This document shows, piece by piece, positions 51,801-64,000 of a stretch of 64,000 bases of DNA (position 1 is its first letter; each line of letters starts with the position of its first letter). Made by a program: the position numbers and the translations under genes. The stretch lies in assembly GCA_051362555.1 (NCBI GenBank), contig CM120644.1, forward strand, positions 23,520,534 through 23,584,533, written 5' to 3'. The stretch comes from Lingula anatina. Lineage: Eukaryota; Animalia; Brachiopoda. Under the pieces are notes generated by a model. That model was given only the letters and a program-made list of their open reading frames with translations, was not told the DNA's origin and did no database searches.

Positions 51801-54544
51801 TCCTCTTCATATTAGCCCTGATTGACTTTGTTTATTATTAATATTATTATTGTGGCGAGCTTGTGATTCGAATTGTTTCCCTGGAATAAATGGGTTAGAA
51901 TTTTTTCCCTAGAATTAATGCTTATACGGTATATGCATATTAAAAAAAAAGAAGTAATGGAAGATGTATGTTGAACGTAGATACAACCGAAGGGAGGTTT
52001 AAGTATGAAAAAAAAAAAAAACAAACAAAAAGACGATGAAACTTTATTATAACGAAGAAAGTTTATTTTCCCCTGTGTCTCGTTTCAGGTGACAGTGAAT
52101 GGTCCCTGCATCGCCGTGCCTGAGTCATCGCCTCCGACCCGCCGCGCATCCAAGGCTGATCCATTAGACCGATCCGTCCTGCGCCTTGGAACCCAAGTAA
52201 CTCTACAGCCGAGAGTGGTGGACCCCGCCGTTTTGCCGATGATTCCATTGAAAGACTAAACACTAAAAGACTCAAATGAATTTTAAAGACTTTAAAATAT
52301 AAGGCGCTCATTTGCCCGGTTTCCAGAGCTATTTTTCCTTAAATTGATAAAGAAAGATATAAATTAAAGTCATAATAACTCTTCATTTTGGCCAAAAATT
52401 GGATTTTCCTGGAGTAAACGGCAATTTTCCCGTACTTACCAATGGTCAGCGACCCCATTCCTGCATTCAAAGTTAATCCAGGGTTTTTTTCCTAAACGTA
52501 CGGTTTTTTGTTAAAATCTCTTAAGAGATTTTAACTGACGGAGCTCTCTCTGACATCGCATAGTCACTGTTGACCTACTTAAAACCGCGGGAAAAGCAGA
52601 CAACAACAACACTATAAGATTCATGAGATATATTCGTCTTTTTGTTAAAAATACATTAATATCCACAACGTGTGCCGTTCTGGGCTTTTTGTTATCCGAC
52701 GCACTGTACAAAAACTCGCAACTTACGTCTGCGTCCGCATTAATGCGTTTGGCGCCATATGTTATTTTGGTCTCGAATGAACGCGAGAATCCGCGTGACA
52801 CCATTACGTCATTAGCAACGAATGCCTTGATGAAAGCTTCGAAAGCCCTATTGACAAGCACAGATTTTAGTTTTACTACAATAACGGCCGTTTTAGTGGT
52901 AAAATACAATAGAATATATTTCCATGCGTTGTTTACAATGTATTTCATGCGGAATTTTGAATCTCAAAGGAAGAGTTATTATTGCTTTAAAGGGTTTTAT
53001 CTCTGGTTTTCCTCCGGGCCTGTCTGTAACGTGTTCTTCTATTAACGTGCTTCGCTTTGTATATATATACATGTTGTAAATATAATGTAGAGTGAATGTC
53101 TCCAACGTGGTAAATGAAAAAAAAAATGTATTTTTTTTTTCTGGTAAAAAGGGAAGGCGTGTAGTGTTCACAAATATAATTCCCGGACATGTAAATTAAT
53201 TTGATTAGAGTCGATTGCTTGTGCACTCGACTCGTTTTATGGCCTTACCTGAAGTCATGTAACTTAAGTGGACGTGTGCAATTTGAATAATTAAAATTAG
53301 TATGTACCGCCAAATACTGCAGCACAGAATCCACCTAAAGATAAGAAATAGGTATAAAAGACGTATAGAATTAATATCGGGGGACAGACTGAAGAAGACT
53401 CGAAGGTGACCGTTCGACGGAGCTATGGGAGACAGCCTAGAGCTTGGAGGCTTCACGTAGAACATGTAGTTAGGGATCATCAACTAATAAACCATTTAAC
53501 TGGTCATTATGTGGACTTGCCCTTACGAAAATTTCCTATAGGATCCTATAGGATTCCTATAGGATCCTATAGGATCCTATAGGAAATCTTATAGGATCCT
53601 ATAGGGCACATTTCCTATAGGATTTCCTATAGGATCCTATAGGAAATTGTTGTAAGTTAAAATCTTGAGAAAAATGCATATCTTATAAACATATATCATT
53701 CCAAACAATAGATATTTGATATAGGTCCATTTTATCAGTTGAATTGTCAATTATATATCACTATTAAAGCAAAAATGCTTTTTATTGTTTATAATGCACA
53801 ATCTTATAGTCTTCTATAGGATTCTATAGAAATTCTTTAATTTCTTTTTTAAAGAATTTTTGAAAAAAATTGATCATTTTAAAGTAATCTTTTATAGAGA
53901 AATATTTTATCATTAGGAATGTTTTTGTACCAAATCATTGAAGCTGATTTTTTTTTTTTTTAATTCATGTTCAGACCATTACAAAAATCTTATAGGAATT
54001 TCTATAGGAACCTATAGGAAATCCTATGCCAATTCATATAGGTAATTTTTGTAAGGCCAGGTTGAATGAAAAATAATGAATCTGGTTTAAATATCAGTAT
54101 ATGATTTTGATTTTTAATTTATGTTCAGACCATCAAAAAATTCCTAAAGGATGCTATAGGAAATCTTATAGGAATTTCTATAGGAACCTATAGGAAATCC
54201 TATGTTAATCCATATTAATTGTGAATTTTTATTAGGCCAGGTTGAATGAAAAATAATGAAACTGGTCTAAATATCAGTATATAATGTATTTTTACTTTTT
54301 GTGTGATCATATTCACTTCATATTTCATATTTATTGAAAGTCAACCTTATCTAATCAGACTGTACTTGACCTTGGCTGTTGTGAAAGTGCAATCCTGCCT
54401 AATATATAAAATATAATGTAAAAGTAAGTGAACATTTAGGGTATAGTACTAGCTGTCCCTCATAAAGGATGGGAAACAAGGACAAATTAATGTTTATAAA
54501 GATAAATTTTATGCTCAATCACTTGTAAGATTTAACAGTCAACT

Positions 54545-54711
54545 CAGGCCCGTAGCCAGGGGGGGTTCGGGGGTTCGAAAGAACCGCCCCTTTTGCTGGA
54601 AAAAGGTCCACTCTGGGTAAAATTTGATCTAGGTACATGAAGTTTTTATGGGAAAAGGTCCACTTTTTCAGAAAAAGAACCCCCCTTTTGAAATTGCTGG
54701 CAACGGGCCTG
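54545..54711. mobile_element. 167-bp MITE with hAT-like TIRs
   Basis: CAGGCCCGTAGCCAG ... CTGGCAACGGGCCTG. Only a 5-bp flanking repeat (CAACT), not the canonical 8 bp. Confidence 0.7.
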
Positions 54712-55652
54712 CAACTGATGTTAGCTAGAGAATGCCCTACTCCACCAACCATAACCATAGATTCAACAACTGTGAATTTCTTTTGTTAGCTTGGCACCTA
54801 TTAGGTCACTACTCCTGTAGCTATTGTTACACTAGTAACAGTAACCGCCTATTAGGTGTTATCAGATGTGTGGTATCCTGTCTAAGTCTTTGTTTATATG
54901 AGACAAGCAGCAAATGAGTGTACAGCTATCAAGCCAGTTTAAATTTAGGAGCATAGTGGAAGGGTACAGAGTGTAGAAAAATCAGATTGAGGAAGGTATG
55001 TATTACAGTAATGCATTGGATCATTTGGGCATCTAATCAAATTGAAAATGAGATGATTGATCTAATTTGTAGTGTACCTTGTAAACATCATATCTATATT
55101 ACATTAAACAAGTTATAATTTATAAAGTATAGCTTCCCTTTTAGCCAACAAAGAAATACTGTTTATTCTCTTTATTTCTTATAAAACTGTGATCAATTGC
55201 TCATCAAAATATATCTATAAATGCAGTTGAATCTAAAAAAAAAAAATTACATTTCATATAACTTTTGGTTTGTGATTTATTAAAAATTATCTATTAATGT
55301 TATCCACAACTGCCTCAAAGGAACCATCATGATATATAACTGAGAAAGACCTATGCTAATAAATAACATACAATTAACATGTTAGAGAGGCTGTCAGGGC
55401 AAATTTCATTACCTCACATGTTCTTCAGGATCGTTTATTTGCCAAGTTTTCTTTTCATTTAATTTCTTTTCAACCATAAATGTGAGGTAAACACCATAGT
55501 TTGTTTAATTCACAATGTTTTTCTTTTAGATTGTGTCTGCAAATGGTTCAACACAACTTAGACGGAGTTTAAGAAGACTATCACAGTAAAGTTGAACAAT
55601 GTGCAAAAGACTTTTGTCTAAAATTCTTCAATTATTAAGTGACTAAAGCAGT

Positions 55653-55780
55653 ATGCTGACAATGTACACAATCTGGCCAAGGGAGGTTTTAGCCACTCAT
55701 TCTGGCAGGAGTTCGAACGCACACAAGAAAAAGACAGTGATGCCACAGCTTGACAAGACATATTTGATCCTTGTGATAAC
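55653..55780 (+). pseudogene. BEN-domain-like remnant
   Basis: IWPREVLATHSGRSSNAHKKKTVMPQLDKTYL resembles the BEN pattern F..e.La.hS.tG...k..p.LD. Confidence 0.45.
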
Positions 55781-57376
55781 TTATAGAACTTATAATTCAA
55801 AAGCAGTAGCAGCATCGTTAAATTTGCAAAAATCTATGAAACAATTCTCTAGTAAGCTGGTTGCATAGCATACTGTGGAATATGTACATTTATACATTTT
55901 TATATATTGAATAAAGAATGTAAACATGATACTCTCTTTTGTTTTGAGGGACCAGTGCCTATAACCAATTTTGCCTAAGTTCCAACAATATATAAAAAGC
56001 TGTAAAAATATTCAAAACAGTTAATATAAATTTCTATAGGTTCCTATAAGATTTCCTATAGGATCCTTTAAGATTTCCTATAGGATCCTATAGGAAATTG
56101 GGCCAATTTCCTATAGGAACCTATAGGAAATTCTATAGGATCCTATAGGAAATCTTATAGGATCCTATAGGAAATTGGGCCAATTTCCTATAGGAACCTA
56201 TAGGAAATTCTATAGGATCCTATAGGATATTCTATAGGATCCTATAGGAAATTGGGCCAATTTCCTATAGGAACCTATAGGAAATTCTATAGGATCCTAT
56301 AGGATATTCTATAGGATTCTATAGGAAATTGGGTCAATTTCCTATAGGAACCTATAGGAAATTCTATAGGATCCTATAGGAAATTTCCTATAGGAATCCT
56401 ATAGGAAATTTTCGTAAGGGTGGGTTTTCTTTGCGCGACCTCACGTAAAGCTGACACGAACCGTGGAATTTCGAATTGCGTTATCCACTGAGTAAGTCTA
56501 AAACGTAATGTCCTATTTCGAGCCCACGCTTGAATTAAGCGTTCTAAATTATATAAGTTTGGGACATTCATCTCATATGTATATGTAAAGGGACATAACA
56601 ACACGATGGTCTTAGAAATGAAGTAAGACAGGCCTACACTGTGATAGTTTTAAGTCTATTATTAACCCTAATGTCGTTTCTAATCATTCATTCTAGAACT
56701 CTCTGAGCCATCGCAAAGTTATTTGCCAGGACATTAAAAGGCTACTTCTTAACGGATTATTTTTTTATTTTCACTGAGTCCAAAAATGTTCGAGGACGTC
56801 TCTGTCGTTATCGCCGTTTCTCGGACGTCATTTAAACAGCGTTAAACGGCAGTCCCAGACAAATGATCGGAAGTTTCTAAATAAAAGAACTTATAAATGC
56901 TGCCACTAGCCAGTTATTGTTCCTAAGTAAAGAGAGGCGATAATGATCTGTTCTTTCTTCTAGCTTAGTCTGTCGACTAAACTGAACAAGGTTAGGCCTA
57001 CAATGCAACCACCTATTATTACGACCATTAATGAGGTTCTTTGCTACACTCCCTTTCTTCATGATCGCGAAACCCGTGGAGTGCTGTTTTAAATATATAA
57101 AAGGGGTCTCGCGAGGTGAAGCTATAATAATGAACTAAAATCCGATGAATAGGCCTATGTAATAAACCATGAAGCACGTAGCATAGGCCTCTTCTTTGAC
57201 CGACATCAAATTTTTACATTCTTTGTTTTAATAAGAGGGCGAACGTAGTCTAATTTGTCTTTTCGTGGTGATTTTGCTCGAAGTAGCGGAGTCAAGTAAA
57301 TCGGTGATTTACCGTTGGTAAGAGTAGCGATCATCGCTCCTGCGTCCTCACAGATCACTTTCTAATCCCCCGTAAT

Positions 57377-60229
57377 AAGGTCGCGCGTCAAGGTTATTTT
57401 CAGTTGCACCCTGGATTACGCAAGCTTGCTCCGCAAGGTGTCGCCTGTGGTGGGGGGGCATCACAGCCCATATGGTTACTGTGGCGAAGGTGACAGGTAC
57501 TTCCAAACATTTTTTCATAACTGTCATTTTTCCTTATTCTATTCATGAATTTGATATTTACGGCAATTGAAAATGTGGCACCGGCAAAAGTGAATCTAGG
57601 TGCGTTGACAGGCCGCACAGGTGTCCCCAATTAACCGCCGCCAGAGAAGAGACCCCAAGCATTAAACAACACAACCGGTAGATATTGGAAATTTGGAGAA
57701 AGTTAAGCAACTGAGGCTTTATTAGATTTGGACAGAAATCGGGGGTAATGCCCAGTGACATGCCAAACCCGTAAGTTCAAGTCTTGGCCCTTGACACCTG
57801 TAACGCACCCCTTAGTCAAGAATCTGAACAAATCAATGTTGGGCAGGTACAGGGTATACTCTATTTTCTACAGGTGTTGTGTGATTTTATCAACTTGATT
57901 GTCAAGTGCCAGACCTTTTGTTCTCAGGTACTAGTAGCAAACTTTATCAGATAACAATCTGACACTAAGGCCCCCTTTACACTGGATGGCGTCCCTTCTG
58001 CGTCCAGCAGTTCGGCCCCATTTGAGAGTTAAAGAATTATAATACTTTATGTGCCGACAACTGGCCGATCATTGAGCATTCATTCTGATACCAAATCAAT
58101 GCTCGTGCCTCCTTATTAAGACCACAGCGATGCCAAATTTCATGGTCGCAGAAAGGACGCAGAAAGGACGCCGTCCAGTGTAAAGGGGGTATAACCAAGC
58201 TGCACTAACAGCGCTGTAAACCCAGTTATCAATGCTGTCATCTTTACCTGTATCTTTACCGGTATTATGCCAGTGGTACTGTTTGATACATTTGAGTAAG
58301 GAAATATGCTTTTATGCTTACATTCATTGGTAATACGTTAGCATCAACCTGTTAATAAAAACTTGGAAACTTTCAATGTTATTACACAATAACAGTATAA
58401 TGATGGGAGATGTTATGATTAAATGCTTAGAAGAATAATAAAAACAAATTATGTGAAATATAAAATGAATTAATTTTATTTGGGTTATCGATTTATTTAT
58501 TTCAAACCAATTAATTATCAAACATGAAGTTTATTTTAAGAAACATTCGCGGATATATGAAATATAACCCTGCTGGTACACAGATCTACAGTTCTAAAAT
58601 GCAAATACCAAGTACCTTTCACACACCACTGATGAGATGTGAATAATCATATGTATAAAGTAGTAAAAATATCACAAAATGTGTGTAAGCAAGATATTTC
58701 TACAAGTAACCTCATTAATCAGTCAGGAAACTTCATAATGCACCCAATAAATGTAGAAATTTGAGCCAGAGAAATTCTACATACAGGCATGACAGATTTA
58801 CCATATATTGCCATCAACCCTTAACTGAATGGGCATAGAAAGAACAAAGTGAGTCTCCCTCCCATTAAAAATGAGAAATAAAAATAAATAAATAAATAAC
58901 AGATACTGTCATTCTTAATACTGAAAAACAATGGCACCTTGCAGCCTTCACTGCCTCACTATTTGCAGACAATGTTCTAGTCACTGTAACTGTGTACTTT
59001 TGATGAGGCATAGATGCAAGAATAACTTCTTTGAAGTATATTGTGAAGGTCTCTTTTGTCATAAATCTGCCATGTACCTGTATAACCTGAATGAACATAT
59101 TGCGATTCACACCGCAGCAGCTTGTCTTAGTAAGGACTCAACCAGTTTGAAAACTTGTGGCATAGCTTCAGGGACAAGATCACACCATCTATCCTTGCTG
59201 TGATGATGGATCTACTAGTACATTATCTATGTCTTGTCCTCCTAGTTTCTCTAATACCATTTCTGCTGATCTATATGCTCACATCAATCTCTACAGCTTT
59301 ACCAACTGCTACACAGTTTTTACATCTGAAAGTATAAAGCAAAAATTGTAATAAAGCACTATCAATTTACTTGTTAGATATTGATTCGAGGGCAAGAGAA
59401 AAATGCAGAAACCTCATATATATGATAATCAAGATAATTGAAAATCAAATATGCATAATCAAATTAATAGCTTTAATTGTACATACTACTGATGATTTAA
59501 TCTTTTAAACTTCAGCATAAATTTCTCTTGTTAAAGCATAGACACTTTATTAAAATGTGCTTGAACAAATAATAATAATAATAAACAACCTGCACACAAG
59601 ATGGAACATGGAGGTCAATTGCCACAAAATAAGTTGATTTGTACTTGGTAGCCTGAGAAATAGTATCAGGTATTAATTTGAGCAGTAAATTGAGTAATAA
59701 TACCACAGAGTTAACAATGACACAAGCATATGGTGTTGTGTAACAAAATTCATGCATTAAATTACTTGCTGTGGCAGTGTCCTCCCCAACCTATCGTGCA
59801 CCGCAGGTTTTGATTTTCAATGTCATCAAAAATGTTTATTGTTGTTAGTTTGATTTACGTATCTGCTATTCAAATAATATCGTTTGGAAAATAACTAACT
59901 CATTTAATTATGCTTTTGCAACATGAAATCATCATTAACTTTGCCGGTTCACGTGTATACAGTACCTTGCTATCAGTGCTGCTCTTTTCTCCCTAACTCG
60001 TCACTGACAGGCTAACCACATCGTTTCATAACAACGCTGGTATGCTCCTTTACTTTTGGTGTTGGCAGTTTCGCCCCGGGGACATCGTTTTTGGTTAAAA
60101 ACAACGTATCGTTTTCACCCATCTATACATTGCTCCTGTACAAAATGGCCGCTTGCTGCCCCCCCAAGGGAAAAATCGTAGCACGTGGGTAGTTACGCAA
60201 GACCTGTGACGTATAACGCGCGCAAGGTT
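57377..60229. mobile_element. TIR-less element Z, copy 2
   Basis: Inserted in cgtA-AT-Taac with AT duplicated. Empty sites at ~38601 and ~44258. Confidence 0.82.
57969..58191. mobile_element. PIF/Harbinger-type MITE
   Basis: TAA|GGCCCCCTTTACACTGGA ... TCCAGTGTAAAGGGGGTA|TAA. Absent from Z copy 1 (~40016). Confidence 0.85.
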
Positions 60230-62840
60230 ATTAACGCAGTCAGGAAGAAGCGCTGAAATAGGGGATTTTGTTTCAGGGAAAAGTTTAGTATTAATCTTAT
60301 GTTATCACATATCTGTATTATGTAATCATGTAACTCATTTTCCCAAGGCAACCACCAATTATGACGACCATTAACGAAGTTGTCTGCTACACTCTCTCCT
60401 CTCCTCTCTCGTGAAACCCTGGAGGTGTTGGGTATATTTGGGGAAGTTTACTATAGCATGCTACACTCTCCTCATGATCACTTGCTCGATCGTGAAATCT
60501 GGAGTGAAACCCTTGGTTTATATTACAATGGTTTAAATAAATAAAAAGGGTGTCACGGAGGTGAAGCTGCTTAACTCATAAGAATAATGAACGAAAAAAT
60601 ACGATGAACATTTAATACACCACGAGGCACGTATGTTTTGACCGTCATCGCCTTTTTTTACATAAGATGTTTCATCAACAGGGCAGATGTAGTCCAATTT
60701 GTCTTTTGTTGGTGATTCTGCTTTAGGTGGCTGAGTTTAGTTGATCGGTGAAGTACCGTTGGTAAGAGTAGCAATCATCACATCCGCGTCCTAACGGATT
60801 ACTTTCCAATCCCCCATAATTAACGCAGTCAGGAATAGGCACTGAAATAGGGGGTATTATATCAGAAATTAATTTTTGTAATTATCTATCCGTAAAATAA
60901 GAATCGTTACATTATCACGTATTTTTCCAGATGGAAAATATGTTATAATATGCACATAAATCAAATTATAAAGAAAATCTCCAGATGTAAACAAAGGTCA
61001 GTCAAGTATCACTCATCCCAGGCTGCAGGGCAGATAAAGAGAATTGAATGAAGCGCGAGAGACCTGGCAACCCTACAATTTCGTCATAATGATTCATGGG
61101 CAAACAATAGAAGCATGAAATTAACACCTTTTACAGTGTGAAGGACGACACCTAATGAGGCTTTTGTTTTTTTCCCTGGGTGGTTATTACAAAGTAAGAA
61201 TGTTGACGTAAGTGTTATCTGCTTCCTGGTGAAAACTTTTGCGTGTTCAAAGGAACAATGGAAATGTCATTTCCAAACAAAGAGCCACATTTCCCTACTT
61301 AGGTGGCCAAAATATTGTCAATGAAACGCAAAAAAAGACAAAATCACCAGCTGTTACTGACTGAGTCTAACTCAAATGCAAAAAGGTACGCACAGCGACA
61401 AAGCGCTATTGTAAAGAATGACCCGACGATGAGATCAATAGATGTATAAATGACTTATTGTACTATAAAACTGTACCCCTGCCACTACTTGTATATTATT
61501 ACACACATAAGGCCACCCTATACCAGAGTTGCAGATTGATTTTTCATTACACAGTCTCTTGTACTGAAGAAAAATACTCATATATAATTTGCGGTCCTAG
61601 TAGAGGGTCGGTCTTCTCTCATTTTTCTCAAATCAAAATAAACTAGCAAACATGAAAATTGACAAGCTGTATTAGGATGTAAAGTGTTGAGAACCCTTTA
61701 AACACGGTGTATGGTAATATGCACGTTTAGACAAATTTTAATTTCAATTAAATTTAATTTTTATTTTAATTAAATTTATTTTTAATTTTAATTAAAATTG
61801 ATATTACCGAAATTAGTAAATGTCGTTTGCGTCATGTATCAATATTTATGCGCATAATAGTACCTACGTTATAAACATTCAGCAAAGATCTTTGGAAGGC
61901 CGCTCTTTCGTCGTTTATATCAAATGAAAACTATCTGATACCCATCGTATCAATCATTATACCTTGATAAGCGATTAGCATACTAATTTATGTACCCAGT
62001 CATAATAACTTTAACAATTACAACAAACCTCCCTACTCTGCTTTTCGTTGCAAAAACAATTAGCCACAACTGTTTTAATATTAAAAGATATCAATAATAA
62101 TGACGATTTCTAAATTTCAAAAGTACCTTTGGGGTACGAACTCCCGTCGGGTAGGTTGCAACGTTTGCAACGACGTTAACCGTTATTCCACCAATTCTAT
62201 TATACTTTCACACCGATGTCGACAGATCTGTATTGCCGGGCATGCCGAAGCTTTGCGGAAATTGCCGAAGGCTAGGAAAATTCTTCAAAATATATTTTTA
62301 TTTCTTTTAATCAAATCCAATCTCTCACTGCCCTGAGGTATGGCTAAAACCTTTCAGTTGTCATCAGACTTTGTAATTTGGGAGAAAAAAAAGTGAAACA
62401 GGAACTTCTGGTGATGAATAATACATGTAGATTATAGTGCTGCAAGGTCTTGTTTTCTATCCCTGATGTACGAGTAGCTTTTTCTACAGTTTCTATAATT
62501 CTCTTAACGTATGAAAATATGCAGGTTTTCTGATACAATAAGACCAATAATACTTTTCAAGTCGCGAGTCGGGATAAATATCGGCAAGGTGGAGATATGT
62601 CCCGCCGGCGCTTCCGCAACAGCAAGACTGAAGGACGCAAGTTACAAAGCAAAACATGTTTAGTCAAGTTAAAAAGACTAATTACCGGCCTAACAGCGGC
62701 GATAGTGACTCCCGCTGTGAGCGACTTGCGCTGTCTATCGTAATCCCCCTATCATTAACACTGTCGGGGGCACACGCACGTTCGCACGTGCGTGTGCTAT
62801 TAAAGTGACCGGGGACTAAATAGCTACACGGTAATTCGAG

Positions 62841-63470
62841 TTATTGCACCACCAGCGTATGCGCTGGCGGTACACATGGTTTTAGTCCCGTCCGGTCTGT
62901 TCCGCCGCCATGTTACCGTTACCGCTTCTTCTCCTAGACTACAAGGGCCTGCGTACCCATCTCTTGGATTTAGGTCGCAAACAATCTCAACTCGTTCCAT
63001 GTAAAATTTGGGCTTCGTCGGTGCTGGGGTCTAGGTGTGGCGCTCATTGCAATGCACCCTTGTCCAAAATTTGCAAAATTAAATGCTAATTATCTACCAT
63101 ACCGAAGGAATTATGGGAAAAAATTCTACAGACGGCTGACCGAAAGTCATATGTGGAGATTTCAAATATGCCCTTGGCCTTCACCTTCATTTCAAGGTCA
63201 AACGGGCCAAAATTTTCAAAAAAAAAAAAATTTTTTTTACCAAAAAAAAAAAAAATATTTGCGCTGATATTCAGAAACTACACAGACCTAACCTATGATA
63301 TTATTGAAATGTGTTGCCCTTTAGGTCATCTTTCATCTCCGTGAGTTTGGAATCAATCGGTGCATTTTCACGGGAGTAGCGGCCAAAAGATACCGAAAGT
63401 AAAAACTGTCTCTAATTCGGGAGCCGTTAATGCCTATTCTTTTTTGCATTTTGTACAGCATGTCAAGCCC
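62841..63470 (+). mobile_element. HINE related to 6421-7113 (3' end not defined)
   Basis: TTATT, hairpin caccagcgtatgcgctggcgg, and a shared body GTTACCGCTTCT(T/C)CTCCTAGACT...GACCGAAAGTCATAT. Confidence 0.7.
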
Positions 63471-63872
63471 AACACTGGAGGTGGTCTCCGTTTTTTTTTT
63501 TTTTTTTTTTTTTTTTTCCATACGGTTTACGAGTTATACTGTAACAAAAAGTACATTGTGGTGGTGAAAGCAAAATCTGCAATACGGTAATATGTAATAA
63601 ATTTTGAACCTCTGGAAAATATAACACAAGGCTTGGCGAGGCAGACAACTTCTGGTCAAAAATGACATTATTTCATGGAATTTTAACATCTGGAACTTCT
63701 GAGCACCTCCCATTTCAAGAATTTCAACCAAAATGACCTTTTCTTTATTTCAATTAATATCTTTTGTAGAAAATTTATGGCACATTGTTGTAACTCCAAA
63801 ATTGTAACATTTAGTCCCTTATATCTCCAAAACTGACAGAGATAGGTCCATATTGAAGTTTAATAGGAAGTC

Positions 63873-63876
<4 letters not shown>

Positions 63877-63923
<47 letters not shown>
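63877..63923. repeat. (AAT)n microsatellite
   Basis: Visible run. Confidence 0.95.
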
Positions 63924-63924
<1 letters not shown>

Positions 63925-64000
63925 CTTTATTGAGCACTTAAATGTGTACACGTTACATTTTACAGGCTCTCTACTGGTCATAACAAATTAACAACAATTA

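Larger units (their letters stand above)
53520..56420. mobile_element. CACTA/EnSpm-like non-autonomous transposon
   Basis: TG|CCCTTACGAAAATTTCCTATAGGA ... TCCTATAGGAAATTTTCGTAAGGG|TG with subterminal CCTATAGG arrays. Empty site in the 5' LTR at ~49700. Confidence 0.88.
49344..56600 (+). mobile_element. Non-coding LTR retroelement (Gypsy-like, non-autonomous)
   Basis: 538-bp LTR TGTAGT...ATAACA at 49344-49881. 3' LTR at 53160-56600 is split by an insertion. TSD ACAC, PBS-like TTTGGCCGAGCTTCGCCAG, polypurine tract AAAAAGGGAAGGCG. No gag/pol ORF. Confidence 0.9.
48562..62831. mobile_element. Family E copy 3 carrying nested insertions
   Basis: Left end CCTGTAGCTATTAAAAAACACGAC, right end GACTAAATAGCTACACGG|TA. 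Colinear with the reverse complement of copy 2. Confidence 0.82.

Noticed and set aside
52511-53045. Overlapping 145-aa and 140-aa ORFs in the LTR element interior
   Set aside because: No recognisable domain; they cannot be supported as genes.

Overview
AT-rich animal (probably invertebrate; species cannot be determined here) genomic DNA made up mostly of nested transposable elements. The only host gene recognisable is ANKAR on the + strand. It has a first coding exon at 3580-4171 and C-terminal exons at 28142-28448, 28635-28687 and probably 29013-29149, but no exons for the large ankyrin/armadillo middle. A deletion junction at ~7111 fuses a Helentron-type element to a BEL LTR and may explain the loss; the surviving exons are phase-compatible. 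The intron holds a 12.8-kb Helentron-type element containing an 8.2-kb palindrome, plus a BEL/Pao retrotransposon carrying two MITEs. Downstream lie a Ngaro-like tyrosine-recombinase retrotransposon with an SGNH ORF upstream of gag, three copies of a TA-flanked non-autonomous DNA transposon (one inserted inverted inside another), two independent AATT-site insertions of a TIR-less element, a young non-coding LTR element, a CACTA-like element with a BEN-like remnant, and further MITEs. All family assignments come from motifs, termini and target-site duplications (TSDs) read by eye; no database search was run.
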